DNA of 62,986 nucleotides from Sphingorhabdus sp. (GTDB lineage Bacteria; Pseudomonadota; Alphaproteobacteria; Sphingomonadales; Sphingomonadaceae): NCBI GenBank assembly GCA_041738665.1, contig JBGSPK010000409.1, positions 1 to 62,986 of the forward strand, read 5' to 3'. Shown piece by piece: positions 39,329 to 49,247 of this stretch (position 1 is its first letter; each line of letters starts with the position of its first letter). The notes under the pieces were generated by a model. It saw only the letters and a program-made list of their open reading frames with translations, ran no database searches and was not told where the DNA came from. The position numbers and the translations under genes were made by a program.

Positions 39329-40153
39329 ATGCCAACCAGTGCCCCACTTGAAGGACCAGCAATGCTTGGCCGACGTGTCGACCAGGCGATCGCCACCGCT
39401 TCGCGCCGAACAGGCGTTGATTTTGATTATCTCATGAATCAGGCAAATATAGAAAGCGGCATGAATCCGTCGGCACGGGCACGCACATCGTCTGCCTTAG
39501 GACTGTTTCAGTTTACCAAGCAAACATGGCTTGCGACTTTAAAAACACATGGCGCCGAACACCGGCTGGGATGGGCTGCCGACGCAATTAGGAAATCACC
39601 GGACGGAACATATCATGTCGACGATCCGGCGTTGCGCGAAAATATTCTTGATCTTCGCACCGACCCCGAAGCTGCTTCCGCGATGGCTGCGGAATTTGCG
39701 GCAAATAACGCTGCGCATCTGGGAGGCGCACTTGGCCGGCAGGCCGAACCTGTCGATCTGTATCTAGCGCATTTTCTCGGCGCCAATGGTGCAGTTCAGT
39801 TTCTCAATGCATATGACACCGATCCCGATGCAGCTGCGGCACCATTATTGCCCAAAGCGGCGGCTGCCAACCAGGCCATATTCTACGCTAAAGATGGCAG
39901 TGCCCGAAGCGTTGGCGAAATCCGGCAGCTTTTTGCTGCAAAAATATCAGGAGGCGGTGCATCGGCGCGCTTGGGCGCCACCCAAGCGACAGGAAATGCG
40001 ACGCATCACTGGCAATCGCGGTCGGCCAGTCTTCCGACCGTTGATGCAATGCCCCAAATGTTGAGAATCGAACCGATGCCCAAATCACTGTCACTGCGCT
40101 TTGCTGCGCAAGCCTATCAGCGTCTTGCAGGCATGACTGGAGGTGTGCGGTGA
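39329..40153 (+). CDS. Flagellum-associated lytic transglycosylase (SLT domain)
   Basis: ANIESG, SSALGLFQF, LYLAHFLG. Confidence 0.88.
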   Translation: MPTSAPLEGPAMLGRRVDQAIATASRRTGVDFDYLMNQANIESGMNPSARARTSSALGLFQFTKQTWLATLKTHGAEHRLGWAADAIRKSPDGTYHVDDPALRENILDLRTDPEAASAMAAEFAANNAAHLGGALGRQAEPVDLYLAHFLGANGAVQFLNAYDTDPDAAAAPLLPKAAAANQAIFYAKDGSARSVGEIRQLFAAKISGGGASARLGATQATGNATHHWQSRSASLPTVDAMPQMLRIEPMPKSLSLRFAAQAYQRLAGMTGGVR

Positions 40154-42273
40154 CTATCGACCTCGTTAAACTTCGTCTCTGGGGTAATGCAGCTCGCGGT
40201 AGCATTCTGCCCATGGCCATTCTGCTGATCGTTATGCTCATGGTAGTGCCGGTCCCTGCGTTCATGCTCGACCTCGGCTTCATCACCAACATCATGATCT
40301 CGCTTGCCGTTCTGATGGTTGCACTCAATGCGGCAAAGCCACTCGATTTTTCGGCATTTCCGACTGTGTTGCTGCTGGCGACACTCTTTCGCCTGGCCTT
40401 AAATGTTGCGTCAACGCGCGTTGTCCTTGTCGACGGACATAATGGGGCAGCGGCCGCAGGTCATGTGATCGAGGCCTTCGGCGCGGTTCTGATCGGCGGT
40501 GACTATATTGTGGGACTTTTTGTCTTTGCAGTGCTGATGATCATCAATCTTGTGGTGATTACCAAGGGTGCAGGACGCGTCTCTGAAGTTTCTGCCCGCT
40601 TTACGCTCGACGCATTGCCAGGAAAGCAGATGGCGATTGATGCCGACCTAAATGCGGGTCTCGTAACGCCTGAGGATGCCAAGGCGCGACGCCAGGAAGT
40701 TGCCACCGAAGCCGACTTCTATGGTTCGATGGACGGCGCTTCAAAATTTGTAAAAGGCGATGCCATCGCTGGCCTGTTGATCCTGTTTGTCAACATATTT
40801 GGCGGTTTGCTGCTTGGGATGCTCAGCCACGGACTGAGTTTCCGGGAGGCTGCAGAAACCTATATTACGCTTGCTATTGGAGATGCGCTGGTCGCGCAGG
40901 TTCCAGCTTTGCTGCTATCAATTGCTGCTGCCGCGATCGTCACGCGGGTTTCCTCACCCTTTGATTTGTCGGGCCAGATATCCAGCCAGTTCGGTCATTC
41001 AAAAGCATGGGGGCCAGTGACCGCTATTCTGACATTGCTTGGACTGATCCCTGCAATGCCGCAACTGGTGATCCTTCCCGCAGCTGCTGTTGCAGGAACA
41101 ATCTTCTGGCGCCTCAGTCAGAAAGAGAAGACCGGGCGTGCAGTAGTTATGCCGCTACCGGCGCCTGAAATGCCGCATAATATAGCATGGAGCGATGTGT
41201 GTGAAACGGCACCGGTCACGGTTGAGCTGGGCTATGCTATCATCGAACTCGTCGACGAACGCCTAGGTGCGCCCTTGATGACCCGGATTACCGGAATAAG
41301 GCGACAGCAATCGCGCGAACTTGGCTTCGTGCTGCCTTTGGTGAAGGTTAACGATAATCTGTCGCTTCCAGGCCATGCCTATCGCATCAGAATTGCCGGC
41401 GTAATCGTGGGGGAAGATGAAATATGGTCAAATGAGCTTCTCGCGCTCGATGCAGGTGATTGTCTTGAAGGGATTGAGGGACGACCTTGCAAGGATCCAA
41501 GTTTCGGGCTCGATGCAATGTGGATCAGTGCCGACAAACGTGCAGACGCAATTTCTGCAGGATATACGGTCGTAGATGCACCCACCGTAATTGCTACTCA
41601 TCTAAACAATATCCTTGCGGCATCTGCCGCCGAATTGTTCGGGCTTGACGATACTCAGGCACTGCTGGACAATCTTAAAGAAGCATTTCCTCAACTCGCG
41701 CAAGGACTGTCGCCAAATCCCTATTCGCTCGCGGCGATTACTGCGGTGTGCAGGGCATTGCTCGCAGAACGCGTCCCTCTTCGCGATTTTCGCAAAATAG
41801 CCGAAGCCATGGTCGACCTTGCCGGGCATGAACTGTCACCCGCCGACCTGGTTGAAGCGGTACGCCAGCGCCTTGGCGCTCTGATCATACAAGGCATTGT
41901 CCCGATCAAAATGCCATTGCCGGCGATCACCTTCGAAGCCGGATTGGAAGCATTGTTGATTAAAGCGGTGCGTGCCGGCCCTAACGCAGCCTGGCCCTTC
42001 GATCCCGAACTGTCACGGCGCATCATCAGCTCGGTAAATGACGCTGTGCAACCCTTGCTTCTGGCGGCGCGAAGTTTTGCGGTGATCACGTCGCCAGCCT
42101 GTCGAGCTGCCGTGTCGCGACTTCTGCGGGCGCAACTGGCCGATGTGCCCGTGCTGTCCTTCCTTGAGATACCCGAAAACAAGACTGTCGATGTGATCGC
42201 CGTCGTCGGAGATCCCGAGGTTGCTGCGGCGCTACCGCGCCCCGGCAATTTTCAAGATGAAACCGGAGAATAA
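40150..42273 (+). CDS. flhA: Export protein FlhA
   Basis: RVSEVSARFTLDALPGKQMAIDADL, FYGSMDGASKFVKGDA. Confidence 0.97.
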   Translation: MTIDLVKLRLWGNAARGSILPMAILLIVMLMVVPVPAFMLDLGFITNIMISLAVLMVALNAAKPLDFSAFPTVLLLATLFRLALNVASTRVVLVDGHNGAAAAGHVIEAFGAVLIGGDYIVGLFVFAVLMIINLVVITKGAGRVSEVSARFTLDALPGKQMAIDADLNAGLVTPEDAKARRQEVATEADFYGSMDGASKFVKGDAIAGLLILFVNIFGGLLLGMLSHGLSFREAAETYITLAIGDALVAQVPALLLSIAAAAIVTRVSSPFDLSGQISSQFGHSKAWGPVTAILTLLGLIPAMPQLVILPAAAVAGTIFWRLSQKEKTGRAVVMPLPAPEMPHNIAWSDVCETAPVTVELGYAIIELVDERLGAPLMTRITGIRRQQSRELGFVLPLVKVNDNLSLPGHAYRIRIAGVIVGEDEIWSNELLALDAGDCLEGIEGRPCKDPSFGLDAMWISADKRADAISAGYTVVDAPTVIATHLNNILAASAAELFGLDDTQALLDNLKEAFPQLAQGLSPNPYSLAAITAVCRALLAERVPLRDFRKIAEAMVDLAGHELSPADLVEAVRQRLGALIIQGIVPIKMPLPAITFEAGLEALLIKAVRAGPNAAWPFDPELSRRIISSVNDAVQPLLLAARSFAVITSPACRAAVSRLLRAQLADVPVLSFLEIPENKTVDVIAVVGDPEVAAALPRPGNFQDETGE

Positions 42274-42275
42274 CG

Positions 42276-43007
42276 ATGCGCCATGAGATCATACAGCAAG
42301 GTGCGTTGGTCTACGGCCGAAACTCAGCGGCGCACGACGTCGATGCGTTGATCCGCCAGCACAGCCAGCTGGTAAGAAGGCTGGCATGGCATGTTCATTC
42401 TCATATGTCGTCAGCGGTCGAGATAGAAGACCTTATTCAGGTGGGCATGATCGCGCTGGTCGAAGCCGGAAGGAATTTTGAAGACAGAGGGATTCCGTTC
42501 GTTCCATATGCCAATACGCGTATCCGCGGTGCTATGGTCGACGAACTGCGGCGTGCCTCACGGCAGGGCCGTTCCGCAATGGCCAACAGACGAACCCTTT
42601 TCGCAGTTCGCAAGCGTCTCGAGCAACAGCTGCTTCGCTCGCCAACTGACGCAGAAATGGCTCAAGCACTCGATATCGATGTTTCAGCCTTTCATGAACT
42701 TGCCTTCAGTGCCCAGACGGTCCAGCTCGATCCAATTGACACCAGCTATTCAGATCATGACCTCGGCTTTGCCGACCCCGACGAAACTGCCGATGTCAAA
42801 ATGGAGCGCGCAGAGCTTACCCGGCTCCTTGCAGACAATATTGCAAGCTTGCCCGAGCGTGAGGCACTGGTGCTCAATCTCTACTTTGTCGACGAACTTA
42901 ACTTGCACGAGATTGGTGAGATTTTGAAGCTTACCCCGGCGCGCGTATGCCAAATCAAGAAACGGGCGCTCGATAGTCTAGCTGAAATGATGCGCGACGA
43001 ACGCTGA
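42276..43007 (+). CDS. fliA: Flagellar sigma factor FliA (sigma28), copy 1
   Basis: EDLIQVG...YANTRIRGAMVDELR; region 4 LNLHEIG...RVCQI. Confidence 0.92.
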   Translation: MRHEIIQQGALVYGRNSAAHDVDALIRQHSQLVRRLAWHVHSHMSSAVEIEDLIQVGMIALVEAGRNFEDRGIPFVPYANTRIRGAMVDELRRASRQGRSAMANRRTLFAVRKRLEQQLLRSPTDAEMAQALDIDVSAFHELAFSAQTVQLDPIDTSYSDHDLGFADPDETADVKMERAELTRLLADNIASLPEREALVLNLYFVDELNLHEIGEILKLTPARVCQIKKRALDSLAEMMRDER

Positions 43008-43027
43008 AGCCGGTGCGCGCCTTTTAC

Positions 43028-43423
43028 CTAGCGCAGTTCACCCGACCTGAAGAGCTCTGACAGCAATAGCCCTTCGAACGTCTCGCTACGCGGGAGATCA
43101 TAATCGAGCGAGCTAAACCCACTTTTGGTAAAATGGATTGCAATGCTGTCCACCTGTCCATTGAACCGCACGCCAAAGCGGTCGCCCTCGAGCCAGCACA
43201 CATAACCCTTCACCTCGCCAAATGGTCCGAGCAGAAATGTTGCAACATCATCTAAAGCTGGTGGATAAACCGCTCGGCAGCCCATGCCGCGGTGCGAAAT
43301 ATTCAAAATCATAATGCGTTGGGCAGGCATGTCTGCGCATTGCATCTGGCCTACGCGCAGCATTGTTTGCCGCGCTTCCCGCGCGGCGTGATTTGCCGGG
43401 GTTTTTGGAGCGCGTCTGCTCAT
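43028..43423 (-). CDS. Single PilZ-domain protein
   Basis: REAR and NISHRG motifs; GYVCW...FGVRF. Confidence 0.8.
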   Translation of the reverse strand: MSRRAPKTPANHAAREARQTMLRVGQMQCADMPAQRIMILNISHRGMGCRAVYPPALDDVATFLLGPFGEVKGYVCWLEGDRFGVRFNGQVDSIAIHFTKSGFSSLDYDLPRSETFEGLLLSELFRSGELR

Positions 43424-43459
43424 GCGGCACAATTTTCGGGATATCCGAAAGGCGTTGTT

Positions 43460-44215
43460 TTACGCCTCCATCAAGGCGCGCAGTTTTTGGAGCGCAGCGT
43501 TTTTAATCTGACAGACCCGGGCAGCGCCAACATTTAAGGTTAGCCCGACTTCGTCGAGATTCATTTCTTCGACATAATAGAGGTTTAGGACGAGTTGCTC
43601 GCGCTCACTCAGGCAAGCGAGATGTGCCTGCAATATCGTGCGCTGCTGTGACTGATCGATCAGGTCGTCTGCGCGAGGAGCATCGTCGGAAAACCGAATA
43701 TCATGGTCACTATAAGCATCATCGATCGCGGCGTGCCGCATGCAATCGGTGCTATCGACCATTTCACGATATGCCGAACCGGCGAGCCCCATTTGAGCTG
43801 CCATTTCTGCTTCGCTAGGCGGACGCATCAAGCTGTGTTCGAGGTCGGCGCGAACGGCTGCCAGTTTTCGCCGGTTGCTCATTCCATTGCGTGATATGGG
43901 TGCATCGCGTCTAAGGGCATCGATCATTGCTCCACGGACGCGGGTCGTTGCATAGGTCGAAAATGCCGCGCCACGCTCTTCGAATGTCCGGGCCGCTTCA
44001 ACCAAGGCGATCAAACCGATTTGTATGAGGTCCTCAACCTCAATCGCCCCAGACATACGGGTGTGAACATGCCAGGCTATCCGACGCACCAGTTGGCGGT
44101 GAGCAAGGACACGCGCCTCAATGACAAGCCGATCTTCCTTCACCGTTCGCAAAGGTGCAATGCTACACGAAGTGACATCGTCAAGGGTATCGGCGGTGGA
44201 AAGACTGGTCAGCAT
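43460..44215 (-). CDS. fliA: Flagellar sigma factor FliA (sigma28), copy 2
   Basis: EDLIQIG...YATTRVRGAMIDALR; RVCQIK; GGAGA RBS before the ATG at 44215. Confidence 0.9.
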   Translation of the reverse strand: MLTSLSTADTLDDVTSCSIAPLRTVKEDRLVIEARVLAHRQLVRRIAWHVHTRMSGAIEVEDLIQIGLIALVEAARTFEERGAAFSTYATTRVRGAMIDALRRDAPISRNGMSNRRKLAAVRADLEHSLMRPPSEAEMAAQMGLAGSAYREMVDSTDCMRHAAIDDAYSDHDIRFSDDAPRADDLIDQSQQRTILQAHLACLSEREQLVLNLYYVEEMNLDEVGLTLNVGAARVCQIKNAALQKLRALMEA

Positions 44216-44298
44216 TACATTCTCCATCAATTTCGGAGCGAACCGATCATTGTTGAGAGGCACTATGCGCTCACAGACCGTCGCTTCGCCTAGAGCTA

Positions 44299-44314
44299 AG
44301 CAATGACCGTGCCA
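44299..44314 (-). promoter_or_regulatory. sigma54 promoter of the second fliA
   Basis: TGGCAC-GGTCA-TTGCT. Confidence 0.9.
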
Positions 44315-44407
44315 GTTTTTGATCTGAAAAATAAACGCACTATTACAAATATTTAGATAGGCACTTACTGAGGCGTCCCACCAACATGACGTAGCTTCGA
44401 CTTAACT

Positions 44408-44423
44408 CGTCAATTGTTTGACG
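44408..44423. promoter_or_regulatory. FleQ-type box upstream of the second fliA promoter
   Basis: Palindrome CGTCAA-TTGT-TTGACG. Confidence 0.6.
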
Positions 44424-44517
44424 CTGCTCGCTGGTTGAGCCGACATCTTTGTTCGCCAAGATTTTCCTTGAGCGGTCACGGATTTAAATTCTCGAACCGC
44501 AGTCCGTATTCACATCC

Positions 44518-44841
44518 ATGGCAGCTTTGAAAACATGTCTTGTCCGAGCTTTTTGTTCGTGGCCGTCTGATGGCCTGAGAGCTCTGCAGCTAAGTGGTAC
44601 CGGCGCAGCAGCGATTTTCGGCATGGCTGTTTTAAGCGCAAATGCGCCTGTTCGCGAGAAGGGGCAGGTGACGGTTGTCATCGTCGACAGTGCTACACTG
44701 CAATCGGGTGTGGTCAGAGATTCTCATCGAGGTCTCGTAATCGATGCCAGACCGAGGGCTGAAAATCAGCCCGAATCCAAGCGCAGCCATCAGCGCGCTA
44801 TGCGCAGAAGCGACAAAGCGATTATTATCGATCTGCCCTAG
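44518..44841 (+). CDS. Hypothetical protein, possibly exported
   Basis: Hydrophobic Ala-rich segment; fills the intergenic space; no recognised domain. Confidence 0.45.
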   Translation: MAALKTCLVRAFCSWPSDGLRALQLSGTGAAAIFGMAVLSANAPVREKGQVTVVIVDSATLQSGVVRDSHRGLVIDARPRAENQPESKRSHQRAMRRSDKAIIIDLP

Positions 44842-44920
44842 CGATACCAACTTTGCAGTAGGCATGTGCCAGTCAGAGAGCCGTGATCGAAGGCTAAAAG
44901 GTCGGCACGGATCGTTCAAG

Positions 44921-45376
44921 CTACTGCAAAGCGGACGACATCACCGGAATCTGTTCGTCGGTTCCCACAGCCAGCTCGAAAGTTGCGTCAATCGCATGCG
45001 AACCTTGCACCGTAAGCGATACAAAGGTTCGGCGGCGGTCATTCGGATCAACTTCGCGTTCGATATACCCATCGCGTTCGAGCTTGGCGATGTATCTGAC
45101 CGCGGTGGTAAGGGGTATGCCCGCTTCTGCTCCTGCGTCGGACACAACGAACCGGCGGCCCTCGCGCGCTGCCTTGTCGAGGTCGAGCAGTATGTCCCAG
45201 GCAAAATCACTGAAATAACCGCCCGGAAAATATTCATTTCGCAATTTGCGGAGTTTTATCTCCAGATCGCGCAAGGTCAGATTAGTGATCTCTCTACTTA
45301 GTGCGCCGCCTGAATTATTTGATGCCACCAGCGAATGCAGCATCTGCTTTATCTCGTCGAGATCGGAATTCACCAT
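44921..45376 (-). CDS. MarR-like winged-helix regulator
   Basis: FSDFAWDILLDL, PLTTAVRY, DPNDRRRTFVSLT. Confidence 0.88.
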   Translation of the reverse strand: MVNSDLDEIKQMLHSLVASNNSGGALSREITNLTLRDLEIKLRKLRNEYFPGGYFSDFAWDILLDLDKAAREGRRFVVSDAGAEAGIPLTTAVRYIAKLERDGYIEREVDPNDRRRTFVSLTVQGSHAIDATFELAVGTDEQIPVMSSALQ

Positions 45377-45695
45377 TGACAGCCCCCTGCGTCGGTGCAT
45401 CCAATAAGCATGCCTGTGACAGCAGCGCAACAGAATAAAACAACTCGTAAAGTACGACGTGGACGCAAATAGCTGCACTTCATGTTGTTGACCAGTCAGC
45501 AACGCAAGACCAAGCTTGCAACAGGCGCCGTTTGATTTGATGACGCTGCAAGCGCGTTAGTGTTCGGTACACGTGCTCGCACAGACATTCGCCGTGCGTC
45601 ACAGTGCAATATTAAGATTTTATTTTGCACAAATGTAAATGTTCTGTCCGCCGCGCCGTAATCAACTCCAGACAATCGATTACGGACACAAAAAA

Positions 45696-46796
45696 ATGCT
45701 GACGTCTATCCAACCTGCCCGACGATCGGGCGTTCTGCCTCTTGGCATGAGACTGAAGAAAATCTTCAGCCGCCCTGAACCATGGTCGCGTGGCCGCAAG
45801 CGTTTCGATCAGCATGCCTACGACACCGTTGGCGCTTTTATGACACGATATTCAATCGAGCCTTCGCCAGAAAACTACGCCTTGATATTCAACTTCGTTA
45901 TCAAGAATGACACAACGCTACTCGACGCAATTGGTGAACTGATAAAAACCGGCTACACCAAAGATGAAGGCCGGCTGCCCAAAGTAACAGATCAGTTTGA
46001 GAGCGATCTTGCCCATCTGGCAGATAACACGCAGGAACAACTGTCCGCTATCGAACATATTATCACCCGCAGCAGCGGAGACGTGCTCGAATATGGAAGC
46101 GCATTACAAGATACTTCAGGCAGTCTAGAAGCCCAAAATCACATTGATAGCGATGCGTTGCGATCATTGTGCGACCTGACACGAACGATGATATCGAAAA
46201 CGCGCGATGTCGAGACAGAATTGCGGAGCAGGGGTAAAGCAATTGAGGGCCTGATGGGGTCGCTGCGGGAAGCCAAGAGCAAAGCGGACACTGATGCATT
46301 GACCGGCCTATCCAACCGGCGGGCGTTTGAACGCCAGTTGGGCGCGAGCTTCGAGCGTGCCAGGCAAAATGGCAAGGCATTTACACTGGCGATTTGTGAC
46401 ATTGACCAGTTTAAATCCATTAACGATTCTTTTGGCCATCAGACGGGAGATCGTGTGATCCAGTTTGTGGCAGACAGCCTTGCATATAATTGCGGTGATC
46501 GCGGGCATGTTTTCAGATTTGGCGGCGAAGAATATGTCATCCTTTTTGAAGACGTTGGATGCGATGATGCCCGTTATTGTATCGAAAGCGCGATGCAGGA
46601 TCTTGCAGCTCGCCATTTTGTTCATTCAAAATCTAAAACACCAATCGGCGCTGTAACATTTTCCTGCGGTGTGTCGGAAATGAAAGACTGCAGTGATCCC
46701 AGCGCGCTGCTCGGCAGCGCGGATCGGGCATTGTATCAAGCTAAAGCCAATGGTCGCAACTGCATAAAAGTGGGCGCCGCAGGCAACGCCAGCTAA
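45696..46796 (+). CDS. Diguanylate cyclase (GGDEF domain, GGEEY variant)
   Basis: DALTGLSNRR, DIDQFKSINDSFGHQTGD, RFGGEEY, ADRALYQAK; start uncertain (45639-45747). Confidence 0.92.
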   Translation: MLTSIQPARRSGVLPLGMRLKKIFSRPEPWSRGRKRFDQHAYDTVGAFMTRYSIEPSPENYALIFNFVIKNDTTLLDAIGELIKTGYTKDEGRLPKVTDQFESDLAHLADNTQEQLSAIEHIITRSSGDVLEYGSALQDTSGSLEAQNHIDSDALRSLCDLTRTMISKTRDVETELRSRGKAIEGLMGSLREAKSKADTDALTGLSNRRAFERQLGASFERARQNGKAFTLAICDIDQFKSINDSFGHQTGDRVIQFVADSLAYNCGDRGHVFRFGGEEYVILFEDVGCDDARYCIESAMQDLAARHFVHSKSKTPIGAVTFSCGVSEMKDCSDPSALLGSADRALYQAKANGRNCIKVGAAGNAS

Positions 46797-46891
46797 ACAA
46801 AAAGGCACCGCGGCCGTTAACTTAGTTGGAGCAAAAATAACATGCATCCCCGTCGCAGTTCCTTGGTTCGGGTCGCAAATGGAGCCAGGAT

Positions 46892-47575
46892 ATGAATAAT
46901 GCCGCCAAAATCGGTCCGGTTGACATCCACGTCGATCGCAGAGCGGATGCACGGCATGTCGCAGTCATGCTGATTGCCAAACTGAGTTGCGGTCCTTCCC
47001 AAACAATTTGCAGGCTCCGCAACATATCCGCGATGGGGGCCCGCATCGTTACCCAAATCCCGTTGACGCCCGGCGATACAATCGGAATCGAACTCCGGTC
47101 TGATTTGACGATGGTTGGTAAAGTGATGTGGTCACGCGATAGCAATTCTGGCGTGCGGTTTGATGTGCCTATCGATGTATCGCGGTATCTGCTCCGCCCA
47201 GAAAGCAAGATAGACCGAATAAAGGTGCGAGCACCACGATATCATTGCATTGCCGATGCTATTGTCAGATCGAACAGTAGCAGCCTTTCCTGCAAAATTA
47301 CCGATATAGGATTATCGGGAGCCGGGCTGGTCGATTTGCCTGACAAAGCAGCTTTGCGTCCAGGTTTTGAACTCAAGCTCGAAACGGATGGAATATCGGC
47401 TCACCATGCGACAGTGGCATGGATTGCAGATCATCGGGCAGGTCTGAAATTTCGTCATCCACTGAAATACACCGAATTACAGGATTGGCTGAGTGTAGCC
47501 ACACGCTTGATGTGTCGCCCGGAGGAGTATGAAAAGCGGATACTGACTCAGCCAACACCGTCGTTTGCGCAATAG
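46892..47575 (+). CDS. Tandem PilZ-domain protein
   Basis: RRADAR...NISAMG and RAPR...DIGLSG. Confidence 0.85.
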   Translation: MNNAAKIGPVDIHVDRRADARHVAVMLIAKLSCGPSQTICRLRNISAMGARIVTQIPLTPGDTIGIELRSDLTMVGKVMWSRDSNSGVRFDVPIDVSRYLLRPESKIDRIKVRAPRYHCIADAIVRSNSSSLSCKITDIGLSGAGLVDLPDKAALRPGFELKLETDGISAHHATVAWIADHRAGLKFRHPLKYTELQDWLSVATRLMCRPEEYEKRILTQPTPSFAQ

Positions 47576-47587
47576 CTTGATACGACC

Positions 47588-48940
47588 ATGCTTATAAAAA
47601 TCCCAACCGAAAATGCAGAGCTTGGAATGTTCGTTCATGAGATTATTTGCTCGTGGTGGGAACATCCATTTTGGCGTCGCCAGATGATGTTGCAGAGCGA
47701 AGGCCAGCTTGCATCGCTTAAACGATCGGGCGCCGAATTTATTGTAATCGACGATGAAAAGGGCGTTGGTGCGCCAGGCTGTCCGCTACCGCATGAGCAA
47801 CTTGAAACCTTACGGCCAGCTGATCCGAACTTCCGTATGTCCCGCGCTGTGCGTGCCCTTATTCCTACCCAGCGTGCCCGAAGCAAGCTCACGCCGTCTC
47901 AAAGGCGAGCGGAAATCGTCAAGGCGCGCGGAACGCTCAACCGGTCCAAATTAGCGGTCATGCAGATGTTCGGGGATGCCAGAATGGGCAAAACGATCCA
48001 GACCCAGAAATTGGCATCGATGGTAAACCAGCTGACGGCGTCGGTCGACAAGGATCCAGCGATTATCCTTAATATGGCGCGTCTCAAAACCAAGGACGAT
48101 TACACTTATATGCATTCGGTGTCGGTCTGTGCGTTGATGATCAACCTGGCCCGAACTATGCGGCTGGATGAGACATTGGTGCGCGAAGCGGGGATGGCGG
48201 GATTACTGCATGACGTTGGCAAGATTGCCATTCCGAACGACATTTTGCTCAAGCCAACACAGCTCAACGATGCGGAATTTGAAATCGTTAGAGATCATCC
48301 GCTGGCTGGATATAGAATATTAGCTGCCTCTGAAGGCGTTAGCGCTGCGGCTCTCGATGTGTGCTTGCACCATCACGAGAAAATGGATGGCACTGGTTAC
48401 CCGGACAAATTGAATGGCGAAGAACTACAGCTTCTCACGCGCATGGCTTCGATCTGCGATGTTTATGATGCCGTCACCTCGCAGCGGTCGTATAACAGTC
48501 CTTGGGCTGCATCTGAAGCTCTTGCAAAAATGCAAAAATGGCAAGGCCATTTCGACCAGATTATTCTACGATCCTTTGTCGAAAGTTTAGGTATATTACC
48601 TGTGGGCACGCTCGTTCGTCTGACCAATGACCACCTTGCAATCGTGATCGGCGAGACAAGCGCAGACTTTTCTTTGCCACAATTACGCATGTTCTATTCG
48701 GTAGCAAGTTCTAGCGAAATACCCATCTATGACTTCGAGATATCGCGATCAGCGCATTGCTGGCAGATTTCTAGCGTAGAAGATCCGCGCGACTGGGGAT
48801 TTGACGACTGGTCAGGCGTACAGCTTCGACTTCTGTCATCTCAAATGCCAAGGGCTCCTAGGAATTCGCCGTTCTTCCCCCGGCAGCAAACAATCATGAA
48901 TTCGGAACAGATGGCGCCCGCACTGGCAATGAGAGTTTGA
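47588..48940 (+). CDS. HD-GYP c-di-GMP phosphodiesterase with a DUF3391-like N-terminus
   Basis: YTYMHS, HDVGK, HHEKMDGTGYP; N-terminal LGMFVH...WWEHPFW. Confidence 0.92.
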   Translation: MLIKIPTENAELGMFVHEIICSWWEHPFWRRQMMLQSEGQLASLKRSGAEFIVIDDEKGVGAPGCPLPHEQLETLRPADPNFRMSRAVRALIPTQRARSKLTPSQRRAEIVKARGTLNRSKLAVMQMFGDARMGKTIQTQKLASMVNQLTASVDKDPAIILNMARLKTKDDYTYMHSVSVCALMINLARTMRLDETLVREAGMAGLLHDVGKIAIPNDILLKPTQLNDAEFEIVRDHPLAGYRILAASEGVSAAALDVCLHHHEKMDGTGYPDKLNGEELQLLTRMASICDVYDAVTSQRSYNSPWAASEALAKMQKWQGHFDQIILRSFVESLGILPVGTLVRLTNDHLAIVIGETSADFSLPQLRMFYSVASSSEIPIYDFEISRSAHCWQISSVEDPRDWGFDDWSGVQLRLLSSQMPRAPRNSPFFPRQQTIMNSEQMAPALAMRV

Positions 48941-49094
48941 ACGGTGGTTTTTGCAACACAAGACCTAATGAAAATCCCGCTTTTCGAGTTGCACTATTTC
49001 GTGCAGAAAGCCGCGCTTGTGCAATGCGGTCGCTCGAATGGTCCAGCTGTTCCCACCTGCGATAGCGCATGACTAGTCGGGGATTTAAGTCGAG

Positions 49095-49247
49095 ATGCAT
49101 ATGAAGGAACATTTGGGTGTGCTGGTTACCCAGCTTGAAAGCCTGCTCGCTGAACTGGATCGGTTGGAACTTCCAACAGTGGCGGTGCACATCGATCTGG
49201 CGCTTCGGCGACTGGAAGATGTTATCGGTCCAGACGGTGCCAGCTAG
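49095..49247 (+). CDS. Small helical-hairpin hypothetical protein (50 aa, absent from the ORF track)
   Basis: Manual translation MHMKEHLGVLVTQLESLLAELDRLELPTVAVHIDLALRRLEDVIGPDGAS; similar to the 50869 ORF. Confidence 0.6.
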   Translation: MHMKEHLGVLVTQLESLLAELDRLELPTVAVHIDLALRRLEDVIGPDGAS

